64,000 nt of DNA, taken from NCBI GenBank assembly GCA_965198225.1, contig CBDAOY010000008.1, forward strand, positions 576,001-640,000, given 5' to 3'. The DNA comes from Terriglobia bacterium (lineage in GTDB: Bacteria > Acidobacteriota > Terriglobia > 20CM-2-55-15). Shown here piece after piece: positions 51,201 to 59,790 of the stretch. A program made the translations under genes and the position numbers. The number at the start of each line of letters is the position of its first letter. Position 1 is the stretch's first letter. Below the pieces are notes generated by a model that was given only the letters and a program-made list of their open reading frames with translations, did no database searches and was not told the DNA's origin.

Positions 51201-52042
51201 AGTTCGGGGTCGAAGTCGTCATTCGACATGGGATTCTGCTGGTTGGCCGTGTATTTCGGGACCTCCGAACGGACGTAGCCGACCACGTCCCCCGCCGCGG
51301 CGACGGTCGAACCGGGCTCAGCGCCGAATCCGTTCAAAGCCTCGAGCAGTGTATGGGTGAACACACCGCTCCCCAGGTCGTCCCTTTCCCAGGATGCTTC
51401 GGTCGGTCGGCTGGCCAGCAGGTTGAGGAACGATCCCTCACCTGCGTCAATTTGCAGGAGTTCGTCGTTGATCAGGTTCTGGATCCTCGAGGCCAGTTCG
51501 GTCTGCTGCGGCCCGATGCGTCCGGCGTTGCACATGTCCGTGACGAGAATGCGGGTGTTGGCATGAGCCAGGCCGGCTTCGACCATGTCCTTCAGGTGCG
51601 AGAAGTTCACCGCGGAGGCCGCCGGAAGGTTCAACGCGCCGTCGCTGGGTATGAAGTAACCCACCCGGTTCTTGATGAAGCCATGACCGGCCAGGTAGAC
51701 GTAAACGGTGTCACCCGCCTGGACTTTCCCCTGCAATTCCTCCAGCGCCACCAGGACACCGAATCGAGTGGCCTGATCTTCGAGGAGCGTAAAGACATGT
51801 TCTTCGGGTATGCCTCCCCCCCGGGGGCTCTGAAGAAAGTCGCTGAAGGAGTCCGCGTCGGAGGCGGCAAACTGGAGTGGTTCGGCGTGCGCGTAATTAG
51901 ACACTCCGATCACGATCGCCCACAGCCGTTCGCTGTCGACCTGTGGTGTGTCCTGGGCGAGGAAGGGGGTCGCCGACAGGGCGATGACCAGAACGATGAT
52001 CCCAGGGAGTCGGTGGCTTATTGGTTGTACCCGCCGTGACAA
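48239..52042 (-). CDS. Exported caspase-family (peptidase C14) protein with PEGA-like and multiple TPR domains
   Basis: Signal peptide, AIVIGVSNY, YLAGHG (His), TDMCNAG (Cys), GVFTHTLLEAL, long TPR array. Confidence 0.92.
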   Translation of the reverse strand: MSRRVQPISHRLPGIIVLVIALSATPFLAQDTPQVDSERLWAIVIGVSNYAHAEPLQFAASDADSFSDFLQSPRGGGIPEEHVFTLLEDQATRFGVLVALEELQGKVQAGDTVYVYLAGHGFIKNRVGYFIPSDGALNLPAASAVNFSHLKDMVEAGLAHANTRILVTDMCNAGRIGPQQTELASRIQNLINDELLQIDAGEGSFLNLLASRPTEASWERDDLGSGVFTHTLLEALNGFGAEPGSTVAAAGDVVGYVRSEVPKYTANQQNPMSNDDFDPELPLAYLELPGPTPEVETDATGLLIVGAGASGYERVEWLDPETESRVVQRIVGAEGDVEIMPLEAGELELYFYDADNQERVVALTLEAGSNTLRMDSLGWSFQPGGSIRTASLAPVVPPLPQILPATGSPAVLLIRLDDPTDVYLDDDYFGNSQTADRLVQLRGLTPGVHNLRLVPSPDREYRFRLELFPGSHVFDLDSGELRYVVARPVSPSQNPVPPGVPAGLVQVYRDFEEALWADDLIAPPGQSASDYYDQLQGGLPADIVDDVRNRLVVALGNRAQRTILKYRRGGDIRWNAEIFEEGALLTARVRQLFQSNPELESQQSFFDGRALIEDGQYAGAVQQLQQAIDLDDQASHAHNAIGLAYWQQGLFEQAMPPLQQAIALTPEWNYPRYTLSLVYLEQRRYDETEAGFEAALANDDEDSTAYHGLGQLYLLLGRNEEAEAQLESAVEFNPGNAYAYHTYGQLQRRLGQLDEAEEMIRRAIRLEPDETSFQASLGDLLVQAGRGADAEPVFAAVAGADPSSIPVIESYSDFLVSEGRDDDADALFRQAITLAPEDANLHVLYGSFLRRQSRIDDAEDEYRRAIELDSSNAFAHHNLASLHLVLQRLDDAERELELAIEADPRYAAPQRLRGQIRFAQENYREALASFEAALDLTIELDQQPELQELITQTRGAIVDVSLSQAADEISGRRYDEAWSIYLGAAETAPEDIALRNAILQFQDDYSEEANVASLPASSLSDVVRTRFWTLQRQAEEAWRSDSGGLESFLDAFDDISPAELRLVTSTAFNFGNDAHGIHQTVYRWALRLIEQREYARALELMERALDRNVFGIVPDFSPLTIDSLMFPEDALDPSQFADFEIAYHPDRRAHEVYAAARAVSDADGVGVYLEALEETGPDVGIRMLVARTLRVEDRLGDAIGFLDDVVAGQDRVRERQQLPAAYVLLAEIQCEAGDCGAGIQTLERGLELFPDDEGIRDAIRRMRQGAR

Positions 52043-52194
52043 TCGCGAAGTCCTCGCTAATCGGTGTCCGTAGGGTGATCGTCCGTGTCGCGCGAAATTT
52101 ACTTACTGATAGCACATTAAAAGAGGGACATGCTGCGCGTCAAATCTTGTTGCGATACGGCGAGGCGGTGGTTGGCGGTAAGATTTAATGCCGA

Positions 52195-53595
52195 CTATCG
52201 GTCACGGCGCCGAACCGGATCCCATCCAAGCACTTCTATTCGGTACCGATCCCGCATGTGGTCCATCCCCGTCACGAGTTCGTTTCGTGCATCCCGGACC
52301 CGAATGAGGGCATCGAGTTTCATCCAGGCGGCGACGCGTCCCCCTAGATGAACCGCCAGCTTCCGCGAGCGTCTCCCGTAGAACCCGGCGAAAAGGCCGG
52401 TCGGAACCAGCAGGAGTGCGAAGGTGATCGTGGCGGTATTCGAGAAACTGAACCACACCGTCGCTATTTCCAGGCCATAGACCAGCGGGAAGGCGACCGT
52501 TGCCACCAGGATGTGCGTGGTCGAAAATGAAGCGGGATGACCGGTTTTCGAGACTTGACGTCGGCCAAACTGGCGAGTCAGGTAATAGGGCACCCCGTTG
52601 GTGAGGAAGCCGAATAGAGCGGGAACAGCACCCAACACCAACTCGGCGATCGCCTGAAACGGCGCAAGTGGTCCGGGCAGAAGGCGTGACGGTTCTTCGA
52701 CTAGCCTCGAGTCGATTCCCGCCTTTTCACGCAGAAGCTCGTAACGTCTGAGCGCGTCTTCGACCTCGCGAACAGCGGCGGGCTCGTTGTCGGCGTAATA
52801 GTTGAGACAGGCCGCTGTCCGGTAGAGAAGCTCGCCCCGAATGCCCCACCGGTCCACGCCTGCGAGTCCCGTTCCGTACGCCTGTCGGAAATAGACATCG
52901 GTAAGCCGTTCGACGAAGGGAACGCGATCGATCGATTCCACGTGGTAGGCGAGCTGGTTGAGCGCTTGTGCGATCCGTTCGGTCAGTTCCCGTATGGCCC
53001 TGCGTGGTGCATCCCGGTGCAGCTGCCCGAGGTCATCAATCGGGAATGGCCGGCCGAATCGGACGAAAGCGTCCGCGCGGAATCGACGACGTGGTTCGAA
53101 CTGCAAGCCGATGGGGACGATTTTCAAGCCCAGTTTGAAGTCGGCGGCGGACTCGGCCCGCAGGGCAATCCGCGCCGCCCCAGTCTTGACCGGTGCCAGG
53201 TGTGGATCGTCCTGACTGAGTCCTTCCGGAAACAGCGCGGTAACCAGCCCTTGCTGTAGAAGGGCTGCGTACCTGTCGAACGCTTCGATATTCTGTCGCA
53301 TCGCCCTGGGGTCGTCCTGGGCGCGAACGATGGGGATTGCGCCGAACGCTTCGAGTATCGGACGAAGCGGACGTTGGAACAGCGTGTGCTTTGCGCCGAA
53401 ATAAACCGGTCGGGACAGCACGTAAATCAACATAGCTGGATCCAAGATAGAGTTGGGGTGGTTCGCTACAAGCAGTAACGGCCCGTGGGCGGGAACCTGC
53501 TCTATTCCCAGCACCTGAACAGACCGGAAATACACCCGGAATGCAAGGCGGAGGAAACCCTTGATCGGGCTACGGAGCCATCGTCTCGGCGGCAT
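52195..53595 (-). CDS. Glycerolipid acyltransferase (PlsC superfamily, Gpt2/Sct1-like with C-terminal TM segments)
   Basis: NHPNSILD (HX4D), FPEG, KTGAARIAL. TATAAT 10 nt before the ATG. Confidence 0.88.
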   Translation of the reverse strand: MPPRRWLRSPIKGFLRLAFRVYFRSVQVLGIEQVPAHGPLLLVANHPNSILDPAMLIYVLSRPVYFGAKHTLFQRPLRPILEAFGAIPIVRAQDDPRAMRQNIEAFDRYAALLQQGLVTALFPEGLSQDDPHLAPVKTGAARIALRAESAADFKLGLKIVPIGLQFEPRRRFRADAFVRFGRPFPIDDLGQLHRDAPRRAIRELTERIAQALNQLAYHVESIDRVPFVERLTDVYFRQAYGTGLAGVDRWGIRGELLYRTAACLNYYADNEPAAVREVEDALRRYELLREKAGIDSRLVEEPSRLLPGPLAPFQAIAELVLGAVPALFGFLTNGVPYYLTRQFGRRQVSKTGHPASFSTTHILVATVAFPLVYGLEIATVWFSFSNTATITFALLLVPTGLFAGFYGRRSRKLAVHLGGRVAAWMKLDALIRVRDARNELVTGMDHMRDRYRIEVLGWDPVRRRDR

Positions 53596-53684
53596 CGGTA
53601 GGCCAATTATAGGGGGCGTGTCGAGTCAGCCGATCGAAGGAGTTTCAGTACGAGGGCCCATGAGGTCATTGCAGATCGACTAGA

Positions 53685-53766
53685 GGAAATTCCACAATGG
53701 AGATTCGAGATTGTAGATTCGAGATTTGAGACTAGGCGGTGGCCGGCTCCCGCCCGCAATTTCCAA
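53685..53766. repeat. GGAAATT-(GAGATTC)n...AATTTCCAA element upstream of the second receptor gene
   Basis: Heptamer array with the same arms as 56165-56328. Confidence 0.65.
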
Positions 53767-53774
53767 CAGTGCCG

Positions 53775-56159
53775 ATGTCCTTCTGCGCCTCAACTTTCCT
53801 TTTCCTGTTGACCCTGCAGTCGCTGACTGCTTCAGGGGTCGTGACCGATCAGTCTGGTGATGTCCTCCCAGGGGCCGATGTCGTGCTCGAGCATGTGACG
53901 AGTGGGGCGCGGCGCGAGACCCACACCGATCAGGCGGGATCGTTCCGTTTCGATAATCTTCAGCTGGGTTCCTACTCGGTGACGGTGGCGAAACCGGGCT
54001 TCTTCGCCGCGACGTACGACCTCGAGTTGGATGCGGGCAAGGTGATCGAGTTCGTCCTGGTGCCGGCCACCATCCTGGACCAGCAGGTGGAGGTGGTTGC
54101 CCGCCCGCTGCCGATCGACACGGAAGCCCTCTCCGTCCGCCAGGATGTCGGTGAACGTCAGATCCAACAGCTGCCCTACACCGGGAGGCGCAACTTCTTG
54201 AACGCCGTCACCTACATGCCGGGCATCATGCGCGACAATTTCGGGATTCTTCGCTTTCACGGATCGGAACGGGGTCAAGTCCGTTACCTGCTCGACGGAG
54301 TCAACCTGACCGACCCTTCTACTGGTTCGCTCACCTCCAGCATTCCCATCGATGCGGTCGAGACCGTGGAAGTCGACCTGGTGGGATTTTCGGTGGAACA
54401 CGGCAAAGCCTCGGGAGGTGTCGTGCGGGTCCACAGCCAGCTGATCGGTAACGAGTTCCGCTGGGACCTGACCGATTTCGTTCCCGGCGTGAACTTCAAG
54501 CGCGGCGCAATCGGTGAGTTCTCTCCGAGGCTTCACCTCTCCGGCCCGCTAGTCGAAGGTCGGCTCTGGGGGATGTACTCGGCCAGCACCCGCTACGTGC
54601 AAACCTACAACGATGACCTGCCGCGGGAGGCGGACAGCCGCAACGAGACCCGCATCGACCAGCTTGCGCGGGTGCAGTGGAAACCGAGCGATGGACACAC
54701 TGTGTCGTTGAACCTCCTGCACGGTTCGCTGTTCCTGGGCAACCTCGGCCTCGACGTCCGGCGACCTCTGGAAACCACCACGAATTTCCTTGACCGCAAC
54801 ACGACCGTGGCCGTGTCCAATCGAAAGGCGTCCGCTCGGGCGTTGCTTGAAGGACGACTGCAATGGACGCGACAACGGGAAACCCAGCTCGCGAAGGGCA
54901 CCGAACCCCTCGAAATCCGACCCGCGGGCTGGACCGGTAATTACTTCGGTGACATCGAGGACCGCAACGAACGGTTCAGTTTCAGCCAGACCCTGGCCTG
55001 GGAGACCTCTAGCACAAACGTCACGCACCGCTTCAAAATGGGTGGCGAGTTCGACTACGTCCGCGCGGAGGAATCAGCCCGGCGCCGGGGGTTCTTCGTT
55101 TTCGATGCGGAGGACCGGTTGGATACGCACGTCGACTTCACCGGGCCGTCTTCGGCTGAAATCCGAAACCGGGAGTACGGGCTGTTCTTCCGCGACCGAA
55201 TGGAGTTCTCCCGGTTTCAGGTCGAAGCCGGACTACGTCTGGACCGTGAGAGCATCGTCGGTGAGACGAACCTCGCGCCTCGCTTTGCAGTGTCTGTCCT
55301 GCCATTCGGCGACGAACGGGCAAGGGTGACGGCCGGCCTCGGCCTGTTCCACGACAACTTCGTGTTTCGCCGCCTGTTGCTGGCCCGTCTTCAAAGACGT
55401 TCAACGACGTCGATTACCGACGACGGGCCCGTTACTCTCGAAGCTGTTGGCCTTGGCGTCGCCGAACAGCTACACAACCCTTATGGCGTGCATTGGAACC
55501 TCGGATGGGCGCAGGAATGGGCGCCTCGCTGGGTGACGCGATTCGACTATGTCGAGAAACGCGGCCGCAGGCACGTCCGCGTCGCGGCCCCCTCGTCTGG
55601 TGATGGGTTCGGCCTGGTGGTGAACAATTCCGGCAGATCCATCTACAGAGCCCTGGAGATGACAATCGACCGCCCGATCCGCTCGGACCTTCGCTTCCTT
55701 GCCTCCTACACCTACTCCCGGTCGGAACGGCGGCCTTCAGTGTCGTTCGACTTTCCCGATCCAGCGCTGGAGAGTGTCGCCATGGCCCCATCGAACTGGG
55801 ATACGCCCCACCGGTTCGTCTCGTGGGGATACTTTCCGATGCTGTTCCAGACGCAGGGAGCGTTCACCCTGGAGGCGCGGTCCGGGTTTCCATTCACGAT
55901 TACGGACTCCCTTCAACGAAAAGTCGGGATCTACAACGCGGAGCGGCTACCGGCCTTTTTTGTTGTCAACTTCAATGTGGAACGGGAGATTCCTTTTCCA
56001 GGGGGGCGTCGTCTGGGTGTGCGGATCGGCGTCACCAACCTGCTCGATCGATTCAACCCGCGTTTCGTCGATTCGGTCCAAACCTCGCCGACGTTCATGA
56101 AGTTCAGTGATTCCTCAGGTCGCGGCTTTGTCGGTCGGTTGCGTCTCCTGAAGCGGTAG
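53775..56159 (+). CDS. TonB-dependent receptor-like outer-membrane protein
   Basis: CarboxypepD_reg N-terminus (GVVTDQSG..LPGA), plug (LPYTGRRNF, YLLDGVN, SVEHGKASGG), barrel (LAPRF, TNLLDRFN). Confidence 0.82.
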   Translation: MSFCASTFLFLLTLQSLTASGVVTDQSGDVLPGADVVLEHVTSGARRETHTDQAGSFRFDNLQLGSYSVTVAKPGFFAATYDLELDAGKVIEFVLVPATILDQQVEVVARPLPIDTEALSVRQDVGERQIQQLPYTGRRNFLNAVTYMPGIMRDNFGILRFHGSERGQVRYLLDGVNLTDPSTGSLTSSIPIDAVETVEVDLVGFSVEHGKASGGVVRVHSQLIGNEFRWDLTDFVPGVNFKRGAIGEFSPRLHLSGPLVEGRLWGMYSASTRYVQTYNDDLPREADSRNETRIDQLARVQWKPSDGHTVSLNLLHGSLFLGNLGLDVRRPLETTTNFLDRNTTVAVSNRKASARALLEGRLQWTRQRETQLAKGTEPLEIRPAGWTGNYFGDIEDRNERFSFSQTLAWETSSTNVTHRFKMGGEFDYVRAEESARRRGFFVFDAEDRLDTHVDFTGPSSAEIRNREYGLFFRDRMEFSRFQVEAGLRLDRESIVGETNLAPRFAVSVLPFGDERARVTAGLGLFHDNFVFRRLLLARLQRRSTTSITDDGPVTLEAVGLGVAEQLHNPYGVHWNLGWAQEWAPRWVTRFDYVEKRGRRHVRVAAPSSGDGFGLVVNNSGRSIYRALEMTIDRPIRSDLRFLASYTYSRSERRPSVSFDFPDPALESVAMAPSNWDTPHRFVSWGYFPMLFQTQGAFTLEARSGFPFTITDSLQRKVGIYNAERLPAFFVVNFNVEREIPFPGGRRLGVRIGVTNLLDRFNPRFVDSVQTSPTFMKFSDSSGRGFVGRLRLLKR

Positions 56160-56164
56160 GCGTG

Positions 56165-56328
56165 GGAAATTTCTTCATTCGAGATTCGAGATTCGAGATT
56201 GGAGATTGAAGACGCCGTGTGGCCGAGTTGAAATGTCCCGTGTCGGCTACCTCAATCGCAGAGGCCACTACTCGTATGTTTCGTCCCGCGTCCCTCAAAT
56301 CTCAAATCTCAAATCCGCAATTTCCAAT
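56165..56328. repeat. Inverted heptamer arrays (GAGATTC)n ... (CTCAAAT)n
   Basis: Read directly. Lies between convergent genes. Confidence 0.8.
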
Positions 56329-56333
56329 TCTCA

Positions 56334-57128
56334 CTAGCCCTGATCTTGCCCGCGCCGTCGGTTGATAAAGCCGATGACGCCTGGTAGGGCGCCCGCTGGC
56401 AGAAGCCTGGTGAGGAGCACGAATAGCCGATTGACGAGCCCCGGCACGACCAGGCGTCGGCCACGGAGGGTCTCCGCGTATGCGATGCGGGCCGCGGCTT
56501 TGGCCGTCATGCCCGAATCTCTCCGTTTCTCAGCGATGCCCGCGCGGGCGCGGAACTCGGTCTGTGTGACGCCAGGACAGAACACGGTAACGGTCACGCC
56601 GGTCCCTCCCAGCTCGTTTCGTAGCGACTGGGAAAACGAGAACAAGAACGCTTTAGAGGCGGCATACACTGACTGAAAGGGGACGGGTGAGAAGGAATAG
56701 ACCGAAGCTACGTTCAGGATCCTGCCGCTGCGGCGGGAAAGCATGGCCGGAAGCAGCGCTCGGGTGAGCCTGAGGGCTGCGGTGAGCTGGAGGTTCAGCA
56801 GTTGGACGTTCTCTTCGATGCTCGTAGAGGCAAACTCGCCGTGGACGCCGAAGCCGGCGTTGTTGACGAGCACCTCGTACCGGTGAGGTTCGGTTCCGAG
56901 CCTGGCGATCAGTCCCTCGAGGCCTTCGCCCCTGGAGAGATCGGCCGAAACGACATCCGTCTCCACCTTGTGCTTGCTGGAGCATTCCGCGGCTACCTCC
57001 GCCAACCGCGCTTCATTGCGCCCGGCAAGGAAGACGTTGAAACCGCCGGCGGCGAACTCGAAGGCCAGAGCCCTACCGATACCGGACGAGGCCCCTGTGA
57101 TGACGACCCATTGCGCGTCCGCGGTCAT
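56334..57128 (-). CDS. Classical SDR oxidoreductase (DltE/17beta-HSD-like)
   Basis: TGASSGIG, NNAG, NVAS, YAASK, CPG. ATGA overlap with the AGPS gene. Confidence 0.9.
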   Translation of the reverse strand: MTADAQWVVITGASSGIGRALAFEFAAGGFNVFLAGRNEARLAEVAAECSSKHKVETDVVSADLSRGEGLEGLIARLGTEPHRYEVLVNNAGFGVHGEFASTSIEENVQLLNLQLTAALRLTRALLPAMLSRRSGRILNVASVYSFSPVPFQSVYAASKAFLFSFSQSLRNELGGTGVTVTVFCPGVTQTEFRARAGIAEKRRDSGMTAKAAARIAYAETLRGRRLVVPGLVNRLFVLLTRLLPAGALPGVIGFINRRRGQDQG

Positions 57129-58951
57129 TGCACGTTCGGGTCCTGATTGCCGGCGCCGAACACGTTCGCCGGGTCCAGGCCCTTCTTCAGCTCGCGTTTC
57201 CACTCCAGCGCCGCTTCCGACATGATCCTCGGCAGGTAGGCACGGCGCAGTTTCCCCACGCCGTGGTGGTGCGACAGCGATCCGCCGGACTTCAGAATTT
57301 CGTCGCGAGCGGTGTTTTCCAATTCGAGGTAGACTTCCTGCGGGTTCGGAATTCCTTTGAAGTAGAAGCCGAAATAGAAATAGATACACACCCCGGTGCT
57401 ATAAACCTGGGTTACGCGCGCCGTCACGTAAGGCCTGCCGGGCAAGCCGCGATGTGCGTACTCCTCCCTCAAGCGCCGCCTTACATTCTCAGTGAGTGCG
57501 AGCGCGTCGCGCCATGAGACGGACGTCTCGAATGATTCCGCGATGATGTGGTAGTTCATGAGGAAGTCGCGGATGTAGGCGATGCTGAAGGTGAGCTGAT
57601 AGCCACGCCGGCCGTTCTCGCTACCGGCCTTCATGCCGCCGTGGCGGGCCGCGATCCGGTAGAGATCGCGCTGTTGCTGTCTGACTTCCTGGCGGGACCC
57701 TTCAAAAACGAGCGTACACGCCACCATCTTGTCGGGTTCGAACCCCTTGACCTTCGTGACGAAGAACCTTTCGGCCCTGCTCTTCAACGCGGCCAGCCCG
57801 CTCGACTTCGGTTTCAACGCCAGGCCGAACTGGAACTGGAGATTGTCGACGAGACGGACGCTCGCCGGTGGGGTGGCCTCGCGCGTGAGGTCGTACATGA
57901 ACCGGAATCCGTCCTCGAAGGTCGGGAACAGGACCGATCCGTACTCCTCGGCCTCGGGCAAGGGAAAAATCTTGACGACGGCCGATGTGATGATGCCGAG
58001 AGTGCCTTCCGAACCGAATATCAACCGCCGGAGATCGAGGCCGACAGACTCGCGGGGCGAAACGTTCGAACGCCTGAGAGCACCGGCTGCCGTGGCGACG
58101 TTCACGTCGAGCACGAGATCCTCGATGTTGCCGTACCGGTTCTTCTTCATGCCGCTGGCGTTGGTCGCGATCCAACCGCCGAGCGTGGAGAATTCGACGC
58201 TGTCGGGTTCGTGGCCCATGGTGACACCGTACTTTGCCAGCTCGGACAAGATGCGGCGACCGGCGGCCCCTGCCTGAATGCACGCCATCATGTTGCGGTC
58301 GTCAATCCAGAGGACCCGGTTCATGCGACCCATATCGACCGATACGATGACGCGCGGCTCGTCCTGACGGCAGCGAAGGGCGTCGGTGACGTTCGTGCCG
58401 CCGCCATAAGGGATCAGGGAGACATCATGCTTCTTGGCCGCTTCGATCAGGCTGCTCACCTGATCTTCCTCTTCCGGGTACACGACGAGGTCGGGCGTCC
58501 GGCCCAGGTTCCCGTATTTGATCGCGTACATCTCTTCCTGCGTGTGGCCGTGCCCGTGCCGCAGACGGATCTCGGCGCTGTCATCGAGCTGGTTCGGGTT
58601 CAGGAACCGGCTGATGTCAGCCAGGAATTCGGGAGATTTCTTCGGACCGGGAATCGTGGTCGGATAGCGCGGGACGTTGACGTCTGCGGGATCGATCTGG
58701 ACTTCGAGGACCTCCCTCACCCACGGCAGAAACCGCGGGAGTTCCTTTCCGCTCAGTTCGTAGCGCGTGCCCCGGATGGTAACGTGCCCGTTCTCGCTGA
58801 AATCGAAGCGGGTGTCTCGAAAGCCCCAGACATCGAGGCTTTCGGCCTCGCCGGGATCCTCAGGCGGCGGGTGCTCGGGAACGATCAACGATCCGTCAGA
58901 GGCGGACTTTGAGGACTCGATGTCTTGGGGTGGCGGTTTCTCGAAACTCAA
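57125..58951 (-). CDS. Alkyl-dihydroxyacetonephosphate synthase (AGPS), FAD-linked
   Basis: HGHT, PDLVVYP, PYGGGTNV, GHEPDSVEFSTLGGWIATNASGMKKNRYGNIEDLV, GSEGTLG, ESFETS, GGSLSHHHGVGK. Confidence 0.92.
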   Translation of the reverse strand: MSFEKPPPQDIESSKSASDGSLIVPEHPPPEDPGEAESLDVWGFRDTRFDFSENGHVTIRGTRYELSGKELPRFLPWVREVLEVQIDPADVNVPRYPTTIPGPKKSPEFLADISRFLNPNQLDDSAEIRLRHGHGHTQEEMYAIKYGNLGRTPDLVVYPEEEDQVSSLIEAAKKHDVSLIPYGGGTNVTDALRCRQDEPRVIVSVDMGRMNRVLWIDDRNMMACIQAGAAGRRILSELAKYGVTMGHEPDSVEFSTLGGWIATNASGMKKNRYGNIEDLVLDVNVATAAGALRRSNVSPRESVGLDLRRLIFGSEGTLGIITSAVVKIFPLPEAEEYGSVLFPTFEDGFRFMYDLTREATPPASVRLVDNLQFQFGLALKPKSSGLAALKSRAERFFVTKVKGFEPDKMVACTLVFEGSRQEVRQQQRDLYRIAARHGGMKAGSENGRRGYQLTFSIAYIRDFLMNYHIIAESFETSVSWRDALALTENVRRRLREEYAHRGLPGRPYVTARVTQVYSTGVCIYFYFGFYFKGIPNPQEVYLELENTARDEILKSGGSLSHHHGVGKLRRAYLPRIMSEAALEWKRELKKGLDPANVFGAGNQDPNVQ

Positions 58952-58957
58952 ATCGCG

Positions 58958-59059
58958 ATTCTATGCGTCTTTCCCCTCGAACTGAAGCGGAAAAGAGCGA
59001 CCGTGCCCAAGGGTCGCGTCCCTCCATTCTCACCACGCCGGGTTCGGTTCAACTATAAT
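58958..59059. promoter_or_regulatory. Divergent -10 boxes for AGPS (TAGAAT, minus) and the HAD gene (TATAAT, plus)
   Basis: TAGAAT 6 nt before TTG 58951. TATAAT at 59054-59059, 10 nt before ATG 59070. Confidence 0.55.
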
Positions 59060-59069
59060 GATGGTCCCT

Positions 59070-59783
59070 ATGAACAAGGCCGCTTTCTACGATCTGGACG
59101 GCACTCTGCTTTCCTGCAACCTGGTGTCCACGCATGCCTACTACGCGCGCAACGACCGCTCGCCCGTCCGCAGTGTGTACCAGTTCATGAAAGTTCTGCT
59201 GAGCGTGCCGATCCTGTTCGGACTCGATCTGTACTCGCGGTCCCTGTTCAACGTCTTCTCGTTCCGGGCATACCGCGGTATGCCCCGCGACCGCCTGATC
59301 GGCCTGGCTGACGACCTGTTTGAGGTCACCCTCAAGCCGTCTATCTTTCCACATGCGCAGACGCTGATCGACACCACGCGCGAGCTCGGTTACCGCAACG
59401 TGCTGGTGACCGGCACACTCGATTTCACGATTCGTCCCGTAGCGCTTCACTTCGGCATCGATGAGGTCATCTGTAACCGGCTGGAGTTCAAGAACCACGT
59501 CGCCAGCGGCCGCGTGGTCGGGACGCTATTGGCCGAAACCGAGAAGGCTCGTTCGATCCGCGAGTACGCCGCGAGGGAAGGTATCGACCTTGCCGACTGC
59601 TGTGCCTTCTCCGACGCCTCCGCCGACGTTCCGATGCTGTCGGCTGTGGGCCATCCAGTGGCGACGAACCCGACACGAAGGCTTCGACGAGTCGCCCAGC
59701 AGAAGCGCTGGCCGATTCTGGAACTCCGCGAGGCGTCACCCAGCTATCCGTCATTCCTGAAACCGGCCAACTCCGTTCGTTAG
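59070..59783 (+). CDS. HAD subfamily IB phosphatase (SerB-like lipid phosphatase)
   Basis: FYDLDGTL, VTG, K, FSDASADVPML, ATNP. Confidence 0.9.
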   Translation: MNKAAFYDLDGTLLSCNLVSTHAYYARNDRSPVRSVYQFMKVLLSVPILFGLDLYSRSLFNVFSFRAYRGMPRDRLIGLADDLFEVTLKPSIFPHAQTLIDTTRELGYRNVLVTGTLDFTIRPVALHFGIDEVICNRLEFKNHVASGRVVGTLLAETEKARSIREYAAREGIDLADCCAFSDASADVPMLSAVGHPVATNPTRRLRRVAQQKRWPILELREASPSYPSFLKPANSVR

Positions 59784-59790
59784 ATTCAGT

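Noticed and set aside
48239-52042. Caspase-TPR as an anti-phage defence (Craspase/CBASS/gasdermin-type) protease
   Set aside because: It has a signal peptide, and no cas, CD-NTase, gasdermin or STAND partner is in the window. The cyclase is an ordinary membrane class III enzyme.
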